Shown here: piece after piece, positions 38,961 through 48,079 of the stretch | Position numbering within the stretch: the stretch's first letter is position 1 | Layout of the letters: each line of letters starts with the position of its first letter | Assembly (NCBI GenBank): GCA_965217585.1 | Contig: OZ244561.1 | Location: forward strand, 6,880,001 to 6,944,000 | DNA from: Candidatus Latescibacterota bacterium | GTDB taxonomy: Bacteria > Latescibacterota > UBA2968 > UBA8231 | DNA: 64,000 nt | Direction: 5' to 3' | Made by a program: the position numbers and the translations under genes | Notes under the pieces: generated by a model | Databases searched by the model: none | What the model was told of the DNA's origin: nothing | The model's input: the letters and a program-made list of their open reading frames with translations, nothing else

Positions 38961-40244
38961 ATGCGAAAGCGCACAATTGAGCAAGGAATTTTGGTCTTTC
39001 CCGCTGGCGCTGCAACCGATGTGCAGGTTGCTGGCCGCACCCTCCTCCAGCGCGGGATCCGCACCATGGCCAGCGCCGGCATCAAGCGCGTCTTGGTCGT
39101 GCTCCCCGGCCACACCCCCAGCGGCAAATCCCTGGTCCCCGACCTCGACATCCAAGTAGAGCAAACCACCCCGGAGGCCGCTCGCCTACCCGACGCGCCC
39201 TTGCTGCTGCTCAGGGGCGATTGCGTCCACCACCATTCCTCACTGCAAGCCCTTATCGACGCGGGCCTGCAACGAGATGACCTCGTCGCGCAGACCAGCG
39301 ATGGCGTCAGCAGCGGAGCGTTCCTCTGCGCCCCAGGCGCATTGCCCTCGGATGCGCTAACCAGCGACCTTTGGAGTTCGCTCGCAGCGCGCCCGCACCG
39401 CCGCGAAGACATCGCGCCGCATCTGTGGCAGCACGTAACCGACAAGCGCAGTGCGCGCGCCGCCAAGAACATGCTCTTCGACCAAGTGAGCAAGGCCACC
39501 AGCGGCACGGTAGCGCACCTGCTCAACGTGCGCATCTCCGTGCCCATCAGCAAGCTCATCGTCGATACCGGCATCTCGCCCAACATGGTGACCTTTTTCA
39601 TGGTCCTGTGCCCGGGCCTGTTCGCCGCCTATCTGGCGACGCAGCCCGACGACTACTTGCGGCTCGCCATCGCCGGTGTCCTCTGGCAGCTCGCCTCCAT
39701 TCTCGACGGCTGTGACGGCGAGATCGCCCGAGTCAAGCTGGCCGAGACCAAGTTCGGCGCTTGGTTCGATACGGTTACCGACAACCTCGCCTATCTCTTC
39801 GGCTACGCCGCGCTGATGGCCGGTATGTGGCATCTCTATCCCGACAACTACCTGCCCATCTACGCCGGCATCTCCGCCATCGCCTCGATGGTCCTGACCC
39901 TAGTCCTGCTCTACAGCTACGCCCTAAAAACCGGCACCGGCAGCCTACAGTATTACCTCGGCGACTTGGGCAACAAGGTTCCCGATGGCGAAAAGGACTG
40001 GAGCTATCAGTTCCTAGAGCGCGCCGGCTTTATTACCAAGCGGGACTTCCTCTCGTTGTTCATCGCCGTCGGCTTGGTGGCCAATCTGTTGGCGGTCGTT
40101 TATTGGCTCTTGGTCGTCCTGCTGCACGTAGCGGCGCTGGGCGTTTTGACCACCCACTATCGGCTGATGGGCAACCAGCGCGCCGCCGAGCGGCAGATCG
40201 CCTCGCTTCCGGCACCGGCCGTCAACCCAGAGGAGATCGCGTGA
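38961..40244 (+). CDS. CDP-alcohol phosphatidyltransferase with degenerate N-terminal nucleotidyltransferase-like domain
   Basis: LNVRIS.PIS, ISPNMVT, LDGCDGEIAR.K....FGAWFD...D signature; N-terminal VAGRTLLQR.I....AGI. Confidence 0.85.
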   Translation: MRKRTIEQGILVFPAGAATDVQVAGRTLLQRGIRTMASAGIKRVLVVLPGHTPSGKSLVPDLDIQVEQTTPEAARLPDAPLLLLRGDCVHHHSSLQALIDAGLQRDDLVAQTSDGVSSGAFLCAPGALPSDALTSDLWSSLAARPHRREDIAPHLWQHVTDKRSARAAKNMLFDQVSKATSGTVAHLLNVRISVPISKLIVDTGISPNMVTFFMVLCPGLFAAYLATQPDDYLRLAIAGVLWQLASILDGCDGEIARVKLAETKFGAWFDTVTDNLAYLFGYAALMAGMWHLYPDNYLPIYAGISAIASMVLTLVLLYSYALKTGTGSLQYYLGDLGNKVPDGEKDWSYQFLERAGFITKRDFLSLFIAVGLVANLLAVVYWLLVVLLHVAALGVLTTHYRLMGNQRAAERQIASLPAPAVNPEEIA

Positions 40245-41272
40245 AAGCCCTGCAAATTTCCATGGTCGCCGTTGGCTTCCTGCTGCTGGGCTATCTCGTC
40301 GGCCAGCTCGGGGTTGACGAGGTCCTCCACCACTTAGACGCGATCAAGTGGATGTTCCCCTTGCTGTTGCTGCCCTCGTGCGCTTGGCACCTCTCCAACA
40401 CGATCGCTTGGAACTTCGCCTTCCCGCCCGACGCCTTCAAACCGCGGCTGCCCACCCTTTTTGCAGCCAAGCTAGCCGGCGAGGCGGTCAATCAACTCAC
40501 GCCGCTGGCCAATCTCGGCGGCGAGCCAGTCAAGGCCTATTTGCTCACCCATCGGACACCTGGCCCGCGCGGCATGGCTTCGGTGGTCGTTGACAAAACC
40601 GCGCAAATTGCGGTCGGCCTGTCCTTTACCGTCCTCGGCCTAGGGCTGTTGTTTTACTACCACGACGTGTCCGAGCTTATCTCCTTGGAATACCGGGTCT
40701 TGTTCGCGTGTCTGCTCATTGTCAGCTTGGCGGCCTTCTGGATCTTCTACAAGTTTCAAGAGCGCATGTTCACGTCCCTGCTCAAACTGCTCCGCTCGGC
40801 CGGTCTGCGCACCGACATGATCGAGCGCAATATGGGGCGCGCGGCACGCATCGACACCAATATCGGGGCCTTCTACCGCACCCACCGCACCCGCTTTCTA
40901 CGCGCCTTGTTCTTTCAGAGCATCGGCTGGTTTATGGGTACCTGTGAGACCTACGCCATCCTCTGGGCACTGGACGCGGGCGTCGGTTTTTGGTTTTGTT
41001 TTCTGCTCAACGCCTTGGGCGCGGTCATCAACGCCCTGTTCTTCTTCATACCCTCCAATATTGGGGTCATGGAAGGCAGCCTCGTATTTCTGTTTTCCAG
41101 CTTGGGATTAGACCCGTCTCTCGGCCTGTCTTTGGGTCTTACACGCCGCCTGCGCCGCGTGTTCTGGATTTTCATCGGCTGGACTTTCCTCAGCTATATG
41201 AGTCGCACCGCGCTCCAGCGCCGTCCTGCAACGGCCTTAACCATGCTTCAGGAACAAGAAAACCCGCGCTGA
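40241..41272 (+). CDS. Lysylphosphatidylglycerol-synthase TM / flippase-like domain protein (UPF0104)
   Basis: GEAVNQLTP.ANLGGEPVKA, FIPSNIGVMEG, RRLRRVFW. GTG start at 40241 overlaps the previous stop. Confidence 0.82.
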   Translation: MKALQISMVAVGFLLLGYLVGQLGVDEVLHHLDAIKWMFPLLLLPSCAWHLSNTIAWNFAFPPDAFKPRLPTLFAAKLAGEAVNQLTPLANLGGEPVKAYLLTHRTPGPRGMASVVVDKTAQIAVGLSFTVLGLGLLFYYHDVSELISLEYRVLFACLLIVSLAAFWIFYKFQERMFTSLLKLLRSAGLRTDMIERNMGRAARIDTNIGAFYRTHRTRFLRALFFQSIGWFMGTCETYAILWALDAGVGFWFCFLLNALGAVINALFFFIPSNIGVMEGSLVFLFSSLGLDPSLGLSLGLTRRLRRVFWIFIGWTFLSYMSRTALQRRPATALTMLQEQENPR

Positions 41273-41296
41273 CCCCGACCCACAAGAGATAGAGCA

Positions 41297-42049
41297 ATGC
41301 GTCGACACATACTCGCTGGCCTAGCGGGCTACTGCGTCCTCTCTCTATACACTGCCTCTGCCCAAGATGCGCCTCCGGATGGAGGCGAGTACGAAGCCCC
41401 TCCCTACCTCGTCATCGAAGACTTTGCCACCACGCCCCTAGACAGCCTGCCCCGTGGCTGGCGCTGGCGCGGCAAGGACGACGACAAACCCAAGCTCTAC
41501 GCCGTCCGCGAGGCCAACGGCCGCCGCTACCTAGCCGCGCAGGACACCGGCCACTCGGTCGTCCTCATGAAGATATTCCCCTGGGATCCCCGGCAATATC
41601 CAATTATGACTTGGTGCTGGCGCGCCGACGCCCTGCCGCCGGGGGGAGACGAGCGCTATACCGAGACCAACGACAGCGCCGCCGGGGTGCACGTCGTTTT
41701 TTCGCGCAGCTTCCTCTTCAGCATCCCGCGACAGATCAAATACGTGTGGAGCACGACCTTAGCCCCGGGTACCGTCTCCCGCCGCAAAGGCATTGGCCGC
41801 CCTTGGTTTGTCGTGCTCCAAAGCGGGCCGGAGAAGTTGGGGCAATGGCTCCAAGAGTGGGTCGATCTAGAAAGGGATCACGAGCGTACTTTGTCGTCCG
41901 ACCTACCAAAAAAAACCATCGGCATAGCCTTGCTCACCGATGCCAATTCGACACGGGGACACGCCGCAGCAGCCTACGCCGACTTCCGGGTCTGGCCGCG
42001 GGCAGCGCTGGCGCACATCCCCAACTACTGCGCCGGCCTCCCCCCATGA
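41297..42049 (+). CDS. DUF3047 domain secreted protein
   Basis: Signal peptide; P.MTWCWR, GDER...NDSAAGVHVVF, IKYVWS, IALLTDANS. Confidence 0.8.
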   Translation: MRRHILAGLAGYCVLSLYTASAQDAPPDGGEYEAPPYLVIEDFATTPLDSLPRGWRWRGKDDDKPKLYAVREANGRRYLAAQDTGHSVVLMKIFPWDPRQYPIMTWCWRADALPPGGDERYTETNDSAAGVHVVFSRSFLFSIPRQIKYVWSTTLAPGTVSRRKGIGRPWFVVLQSGPEKLGQWLQEWVDLERDHERTLSSDLPKKTIGIALLTDANSTRGHAAAAYADFRVWPRAALAHIPNYCAGLPP

Positions 42050-43185
42050 GGATCTGCATCGACGCTCGCTCGCTGCGCGATGTGCCCACCAGTCTCGGCC
42101 GCTACGCCGCCGACCTCGTCAGCCATATCGCCAAGCTAGACTGCGAAAACGAGTACATCGTCGTCCGCCGGCCCTCGCGCCACGGTCCCATCGCCGATCA
42201 GGCCAACTTCAGGGAGATTTTCGCACCGTACGACATTTCCTCGGCACACAACATCCTCGCCGGTGCCCGGGTCATCAACGGGCTCGACGCCGACGTGTAT
42301 CACTCCCTGTACCACTTTCTCCCCATCGGCGTACGCGCCCGGCGCATCGTCATCACCTTGCACGACCTGATATGGGTGGATCACTCCTACCTCGCCGATG
42401 GCCGGCGCTGGCGGCGGTGGGTCAAGGGGTCCCTAGGCAGCCTCGGTATCCGCCGGGCCATTGCCGCGGCAGATCACATCGTCGCCGTCTCCTCAAGCAC
42501 GCGCCAAGCTGCGCTCGACCACGGCGTCCCCGCCAACAAAGTAACAGCCATCCTCAACGGCGTGGCCCCCGCTTGGCACTCGGGCAACGCGGAACCAGCC
42601 CTGTTTGACTTGGACAACACGACCGACCAGCAGGCTATTCTCGACGGTCTTGCAGAACGGCCTTTTGTCTTTGGCTTGGGCAACAGCTTGCCGTACAAAA
42701 ACCTGCCTCGGCTGGTGCGCGCTTTTTCTCAAGTCGCCCCGACTCATCCCGACCTCGCGCTGGTGTTCGCCGGCCGCGGCGAGGGCAATCCCCAGCTCGT
42801 GCGCCTAGCGCATCAACTCGGCCTGAGCGACCGGGTGCTCCTCGTCGGCCAACTCAGCGACGACCAAATCCGCGCCTGTTTTGCCCACGCGCTCTTTTTC
42901 GCATTTCCGTCGCTGATAGAAGGATTCGGGCTGCCCGTGCTCGAAGCGATGGCCAGCGGCTGTCCGGTGCTCACGTCGAACTGTTCCTCGCTCGCCGAAG
43001 TCGCCGGAGAAAACGCCGTGCTCGTCGATCCGCTCGACATCGCGTCCATCGCCGCCGGGATGCAGCGCCTGCTGACCGATTCCGCGCTCCGCCAACGGCT
43101 ATCGCGCCAAGGACGACAACGGGCCGCAGCCTTCACATGGGAAGACGCGGCCCAGCGAACCATTCAACTATATAAGCAGCTATAG
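42046..43185 (+). CDS. Glycosyltransferase family 4 (GT-B)
   Basis: MRICIDAR, VITLHDL, PYKNL, FPSLIEGFGLPVLEAMASGCPV. ATG 42046 overlaps the DUF3047 stop. Confidence 0.92.
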   Translation: MRICIDARSLRDVPTSLGRYAADLVSHIAKLDCENEYIVVRRPSRHGPIADQANFREIFAPYDISSAHNILAGARVINGLDADVYHSLYHFLPIGVRARRIVITLHDLIWVDHSYLADGRRWRRWVKGSLGSLGIRRAIAAADHIVAVSSSTRQAALDHGVPANKVTAILNGVAPAWHSGNAEPALFDLDNTTDQQAILDGLAERPFVFGLGNSLPYKNLPRLVRAFSQVAPTHPDLALVFAGRGEGNPQLVRLAHQLGLSDRVLLVGQLSDDQIRACFAHALFFAFPSLIEGFGLPVLEAMASGCPVLTSNCSSLAEVAGENAVLVDPLDIASIAAGMQRLLTDSALRQRLSRQGRQRAAAFTWEDAAQRTIQLYKQL

Positions 43186-43271
43186 CCTGTAGTTTTTCGC
43201 CGTTGACGCTAGGGCCTCCTCGTCACCCGTACCGCCAGCGATCCAAATCACGGCATCGCTAATCAGTATCA

Positions 43272-44321
43272 TTAGATGCTCGGAAATTTTTGATCGGGTG
43301 GCGGAGAACCCATGGGATATGGGCCATTGGTCAGGGGGCTTCTGCGGGCGTGGTCGTATACCGCGTCCTGTATTTCGAGGATGCGCACAGCTTGGTCGAT
43401 ATTGGGGGTGAAGGGCTGCCCAGCCGCCAAAGCGCTCAGAGCTTGATCGACAATGGTCTTCATGCGCTCGCCGTGCGACAGATCCTCACTGAATTGCACG
43501 CCCTCAGTAGTGTGGACTTCGATGAGAGGCTCGCCCTCTTTGCCGTACTGCTGGAAAACCATGGCGCGGGTGCCGATAACGCGGAAGAAGTGGTCGCCGC
43601 CGCGCACCCCTGCCGGGTAGGCGTAGCCGCTTTCGATAACGCCGGTCACACCCCCATCCGTGCGCAGCATTCCCAAACCAATATCCTCCACTATACGACC
43701 GTGGGTGGCATTGGACATGACGGCGCCGACCACGTGTACCGTCTGCTCGCCGACGAATTGCAGGAAGGTGTCAATGCCGTGGGCCGCCTCTACAGCCCAA
43801 CTACCGCCGCCGGAAATGGCCGGGTCGTTGTGCCAAGCCGAGGGCGTCGGGTCGTAGCGCGAGGGCGGACCGTTATTGAGGCGGCAGCTATACTGGACCA
43901 AATCGCCCAGCGTGCCGTCAGCTAACAGACGCTCCACAGTAGCGACGATGCGGCTGGCGCGGTTGGGCAGAGTAAGGGCACTGAAGACTCCGTATTTGAC
44001 CGAAGCTGCGGCCGCGGGACGAAGCCGAGCAGCGCAATCGGCAAAGGGTTTGTCGAGCAGATAGGGGATGCGCCGGTCAACGCAGGCCTGCACGTGATCC
44101 GGCATTTCAATGTGCTTGCCAGCGACTAAAGCGGCGTCGGGACTCGTGGCGTCGAGGCACTCGCCCGCCGTGGCAAAGCCTGGGCATTGGAAAATTTCTG
44201 CGAGTTGTTGGCGCGGGGCTTCTTCCCCATCCATGACCCCGATTATATCGTGCCCCAAGGCGCGGACGGTCTGGCCGATGCTGCGACCGTGGTGGCTGTA
44301 CGATAGGATGACTAGGCGCAT
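43272..44321 (-). CDS. Gfo/Idh/MocA family oxidoreductase
   Basis: LLDKP, PAISGGG...EAAHGID, VEDIG; atypical N-terminus (LSYSHH). Confidence 0.82.
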   Translation of the reverse strand: MRLVILSYSHHGRSIGQTVRALGHDIIGVMDGEEAPRQQLAEIFQCPGFATAGECLDATSPDAALVAGKHIEMPDHVQACVDRRIPYLLDKPFADCAARLRPAAAASVKYGVFSALTLPNRASRIVATVERLLADGTLGDLVQYSCRLNNGPPSRYDPTPSAWHNDPAISGGGSWAVEAAHGIDTFLQFVGEQTVHVVGAVMSNATHGRIVEDIGLGMLRTDGGVTGVIESGYAYPAGVRGGDHFFRVIGTRAMVFQQYGKEGEPLIEVHTTEGVQFSEDLSHGERMKTIVDQALSALAAGQPFTPNIDQAVRILEIQDAVYDHARRSPLTNGPYPMGSPPPDQKFPSI

Positions 44322-44333
44322 AGGTCGGCCTCC
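44289..44333 (+). repeat. 45-bp direct repeat copy 1 (SAF-gene stop / Gfo start junction)
   Basis: gtggtggctgtacgataggatgactaggcgcataggtcggcctcc, 41/45 identical to 46288-46332. Confidence 0.9.
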
Positions 44334-45652
44334 TGCTGACGGCGCAAGGCGAGCAATTCGGAGTCGGGCAGTTCGACATCATCGTAGGTGATCAGATCGT
44401 CCTCGGGGATGTCGCGGGTGAGCACGGCCCGTTGCGACAGACCTATGGGCAGCAGGTTGCCGGAGCGAGCCAGGGCGGCTTTTTCCAACAGGCCGTACGC
44501 GCAATAACCGCCCTCGCCATCGAGCACAGTACCAGCGGCGAGAGGCTTTTTGGCCGCGGTCACAACCTCGGCGTAATGGCCGATGGGGTGCCCCGATGTC
44601 TGGCCATCGAGGGCGATGCGCGCCGCGCTGATGGGCATTTCGTGGCCAACCCAGTGCTGCGGGCGGTAGATCATGCCGTAGCCGCTGCGCTGGCCGATAA
44701 TCATGCCGATGATTTCGCCGTACGAGCCGAGCGACTCCATGGCAAAGGGCGTGGCCCCATCGACGACGCAGTACAGGCCACCGCGCAGACCGCGCTCGAC
44801 GGCCTGTTCGTTCTCGTCGATTAGACTGACCGCCTCGACCACGCCTTCCGCGTCGAGCAGGCCGCCCTTGCTCCGATGGCACAAAATGTCGGGGATGTGG
44901 CGCAAGTCCGCGGCTGGGAAGTGCATCCCGCGCACATCGGGCACGAGGCCGCTCATATTGGCCAGACAGGCCATTTCAATGGCGTGCTTAGTGCCGTCTA
45001 AAAATGAACCAAACATCTGGGCATTGTAATCGCGTCCGGTAAAGCCGTACAGACGCGGCACGTCGTCAGGATTGGCCTTGCGGAAGGCGGTCTTAAAGCG
45101 CGTGCCCTTGCCGGCGGCTATTACCCTGAAACCGAGCGCGCGGGCCCAGTCCCACAGTTCGAGGGCGCAGGCCGGCTCATCGCCGTACGCGGCGCTGTAG
45201 AGCACGCCGGCCTGATCGGCCAGTTTTTTCAGTTGGCTGCCGACGACTACATCGGCCTCCACCGTGACCATGACTAGATGCTTTTTTTGCGCGATGGCAT
45301 AACGGGCGTGGGTCGCCCCGGCCTCGACGTTGCCCGTGGCCTCGATAACTAGGTCGATGCGGCTCTCCATCAGGGCGCGGGCATCACCGGTGACGGCATA
45401 GCGGCCCGCCTCCATGGCCGCGTCAATGGCCGCAGGGTCGGCGGCTGTGTCTATCTGGTCGGCGGGGATATGGCCCCGGCCGTACGCACGCCGGGCTTTG
45501 GTTAGATCCAATTCGGCAATGGCGGCCAAGCGCATGCCGGGGGCATGGGCCAGTTGCGAGGCGATCTGGGTGCCAAAGGTGCCGGCCGCGATGAGGCCGA
45601 TCTGAATGGGTGTGCCCCTTTGGTCGAGTTGGCGCAAGCGGTGGTACAACAT
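44312..45652 (-). CDS. NAD(P)H-dependent oxidoreductase, homoserine-dehydrogenase-like with C-terminal SAF domain
   Basis: IGLIAAGTFG, IEATG, VEADVVVG, GDEP, FLDGTK.AIEM, AKKPL.AG..LDGEGGY, LPIGL. Confidence 0.88.
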   Translation of the reverse strand: MLYHRLRQLDQRGTPIQIGLIAAGTFGTQIASQLAHAPGMRLAAIAELDLTKARRAYGRGHIPADQIDTAADPAAIDAAMEAGRYAVTGDARALMESRIDLVIEATGNVEAGATHARYAIAQKKHLVMVTVEADVVVGSQLKKLADQAGVLYSAAYGDEPACALELWDWARALGFRVIAAGKGTRFKTAFRKANPDDVPRLYGFTGRDYNAQMFGSFLDGTKHAIEMACLANMSGLVPDVRGMHFPAADLRHIPDILCHRSKGGLLDAEGVVEAVSLIDENEQAVERGLRGGLYCVVDGATPFAMESLGSYGEIIGMIIGQRSGYGMIYRPQHWVGHEMPISAARIALDGQTSGHPIGHYAEVVTAAKKPLAAGTVLDGEGGYCAYGLLEKAALARSGNLLPIGLSQRAVLTRDIPEDDLITYDDVELPDSELLALRRQQEADLCA

Positions 45653-45739
45653 GGTCTGTCCTTTCTTAGGTTGAATATTTAATTATAATGAAAGGACGAC
45701 CGGAAGGTGCCCAAACATCTGAGTGAGGAGACACTTCTC

Positions 45740-45958
45740 ATGACCCAATCCCTTGAGAAGGCCATTTTAGAGATCAGGAAGCTCCCAGACGAGGAGCAAG
45801 ACGCCATCGCCGCCGTCATAATGGCGGAGCTAAAATCTGAGCGCCAGTGGGACAACGCCTTTGAGAACTCTAGGGCCGAGTTGGACCAACTTGCTGAAGA
45901 GGCACTCAAAGAATACAGCGACAACAAGACTGAGCTCCTCGATCCAGAGCAGATATGA
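45740..45958 (+). CDS. Putative type II antitoxin
   Basis: MTQSLEKAI....LP..EQDAIA...E..WD..F......LA.EAL; GAGGAG RBS; ATGA overlap with toxin. Confidence 0.75.
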   Translation: MTQSLEKAILEIRKLPDEEQDAIAAVIMAELKSERQWDNAFENSRAELDQLAEEALKEYSDNKTELLDPEQI

Positions 45959-46224
45959 CCTCTCGGACCACGAAGCGGTTTCGCGCGGCACTCCAAGGTT
46001 TGCCGCGCGGCGTCCGAGACCAAGCCAGATCAGCCTACCGGCGATTCCAAGCCGATCCTTATCACCCAAGTCTCCGGTTCAAGAAAGTTCATCCGACAAA
46101 ACCAATCTCCGCCGTTCGAATCAGCAGAGATTACCGCGCCTTGGGTGTTCGCCGCAACGACTCCATGATTTGGTTCTGGATTGGCTCGCACGCCGAATAT
46201 GATCGACTTCTCAAGAGACTCTGA
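45955..46224 (+). CDS. RelE/ParE-like type II toxin
   Basis: F...L..LP..V...A..AY..F..DP.HPSL.FKKV, YRALG, WFWIGSHAEYD. Confidence 0.85.
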   Translation: MTSRTTKRFRAALQGLPRGVRDQARSAYRRFQADPYHPSLRFKKVHPTKPISAVRISRDYRALGVRRNDSMIWFWIGSHAEYDRLLKRL

Positions 46225-46287
46225 GATGCACAACGGGCTGTCGTGCGTCTACAACTGATAACAGCGCGGCTTGCGCGGCGCGGCGTT

Positions 46288-46332
46288 GTGGTGGCGGTAC
46301 GATAGGACGACTAAGCGCATAGGTCGGCATCC
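46288..46332 (+). repeat. 45-bp direct repeat copy 2
   Basis: gtggtggcggtacgataggacgactaagcgcataggtcggcatcc; minus strand still encodes ADLCA* and MRLVVLSYRHH. Confidence 0.9.
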
Positions 46333-46341
46333 CCCACAGAC

Positions 46342-46923
46342 CTAAGCCAGCGGATTAGTACCTGCCGCCCACTCGGTTTTAGCGATGCGCATATCGCAGG
46401 TGAAGCGCGCCTTGCTGCCGGGCGGCTGCGGAATGTGAGCCACAACGCGGAAGCCCGCTTTGGCAAACGCGGCGCGGCTGCGGGGATTGTAGTCGGCAAT
46501 GTCGCAGGCGAAGATAAAATCGGCCTTCTCCTCAGCAAAACCAAAATCGACCAACGCGCGGATTATCTCCGTTCCCAAGCCCTTATTCCAATGCTGCTTC
46601 TCGCCAATGGACAGGTCAATGCGGCGGCAGTCGCAGCCGGGATGGGCCTCAATAATGCGCGACAGATTCATGGCTTGCAACCAAGCCTCGGCGATGGGCT
46701 GACCGTCGAGTTCGGCGATAAAACAAAAAGCGGCTTGCGAGATGCCGCTATAAATGCGCTTGATCTCGTCGAGCGTATAGGCCGTCACATCTGAGCCGTC
46801 GGCGTAATACAACACGTCGGGATCTTGATTCCAGCGCAGCAAGGTGTCCCAATCGGCGTCGGTCATGGGACGCAGGTGCAGGCGGGACGTGTGCAGGTGG
46901 ACGGTGTGAGTGTTGAGGGGCAT
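46342..46923 (-). CDS. GNAT family N-acetyltransferase (RimJ/RimL-like)
   Basis: LHLRPMT, IDLSIGE..HWNKGLGTE, YNPRS..AF.KAGF. Confidence 0.88.
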   Translation of the reverse strand: MPLNTHTVHLHTSRLHLRPMTDADWDTLLRWNQDPDVLYYADGSDVTAYTLDEIKRIYSGISQAAFCFIAELDGQPIAEAWLQAMNLSRIIEAHPGCDCRRIDLSIGEKQHWNKGLGTEIIRALVDFGFAEEKADFIFACDIADYNPRSRAAFAKAGFRVVAHIPQPPGSKARFTCDMRIAKTEWAAGTNPLA

Positions 46924-46936
46924 AGCTAAAGCCGTA

Positions 46937-47167
46937 CTAGTCGGCCTTATTCATCACCAGCGTCGCACCCTCAAGCCGTGCTGCCTTCTGATCGAAGGTA
47001 TATAGGGGGTGGGCACCCACTCGTTCGGCAGTAGCGGTAACTTCACGACAAACGTAGCCGGGACGGTCCACCGAGAGCGACTCCAGTAGCGATCGGGCGG
47101 CTTCCGCCTGTTCGATGTCGTCGCGTACCAGATAGCGGACGAGAACATTGGTATCGAGTGCGATCAC
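46937..47167 (-). pseudogene. vapC: PIN-domain toxin with in-frame internal deletion
   Basis: MIALDTNVLVRYL..DD..Q start and LYTFDQKAA end are intact, but only 76 aa; the central helices are missing after YVCREV. Confidence 0.75.
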
Positions 47168-47397
47168 TCCTCACACGCCCCATCGGCTGCGGCCTGTTCC
47201 ATTTCCTCCACAGTGACGGCGGGGCCGTCGTGCTGGAGCGCGCCGAACAGCCGACGGATAGGACGCACGGGCAGCATTCGCACCTCGCCATCGGAAATGA
47301 CGTAGCGTACCCGGTCTCCGGCCTTTAGACCAAGCGTCTCCCGCACGCACTTAGGTAGTGTCGTCTGTCCTTTTTTTGTAATAGAGGATTCAATCAT
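47164..47397 (-). CDS. vapB: AbrB/MazE family antitoxin
   Basis: SSITKKGQTTLPK.VRE.LGL..GDRV; GGAGG RBS; GTGA overlap with the PIN gene. Confidence 0.85.
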   Translation of the reverse strand: MIESSITKKGQTTLPKCVRETLGLKAGDRVRYVISDGEVRMLPVRPIRRLFGALQHDGPAVTVEEMEQAAADGACEE

Positions 47398-47485
47398 AAC
47401 AATGCCTCCAGTCGCCTTGTAATATACGGTAATGTCGCCGCCGCTGATACGCCCAATCTCCGGAGCCTGAAGGCTCTGTATTCGC

Positions 47486-47881
47486 CTAATGGGACGCGGT
47501 CGGTACCCACCTGCCCTCGACCGCGTACGCTTCGTCCTCACCGGGCCACGGGGGCATGGTAACGGCAATCGCGGCGAGCGGCTCGTCGCCCAAGGCGCGG
47601 AGCTGGAAGTGGGTGCCCAGCGGAATGGTCAGGCAGACGCCCGGCTCGACCGCCACGATTTCCTCGCAGTCGTTCTGCCGCCGCCACATCTGGCCGCGGC
47701 CAGCGAAAAAAAACCAGATCTCTTCGACCGTGCGGTGGGCAACAGCCTTCGACGTCTGGCCGGGTTGGAGTTCAAAATGCGCCATGCCGCCGCTTTGCAG
47801 ACCCAATAGAATGCGCACATCTGAGCCATCGGGGGCGGTCACGTCAGGGGTGGCGGACAGTTTTTTAGTGTCGAATTCCAA
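47486..47881 (-). CDS. Cupin domain protein
   Basis: APDGSDVR.L, AHRTVEEIWFF..G.G, IP.GTHFQ.R, TMPPWPG. Confidence 0.88.
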   Translation of the reverse strand: MEFDTKKLSATPDVTAPDGSDVRILLGLQSGGMAHFELQPGQTSKAVAHRTVEEIWFFFAGRGQMWRRQNDCEEIVAVEPGVCLTIPLGTHFQLRALGDEPLAAIAVTMPPWPGEDEAYAVEGRWVPTASH

Positions 47882-48079
47882 GGTCGGATTCTCCCGGATA
47901 GTAGAGGCTGACAGGTTCTCGTCCTAAAAATATCACGCTCAACATCTGCGGGAAGGATTTCTTTCCACTATTTTCCCGTAAGAAGCGGTCGCTCAAAATA
48001 CTATCGGCCAGCTTGACCCCTTAGCAATAATGCCTATTTATTTCCCCTATCCGATTCGAAAATTACGGGAGACGATCAC

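Noticed and set aside
39761-42045. Long N-terminal extensions of the flippase-like (39761) and GT4 (41611) ORFs
   Set aside because: They overlap upstream genes out of frame; true starts overlap the upstream stop codons (40241, 42046).
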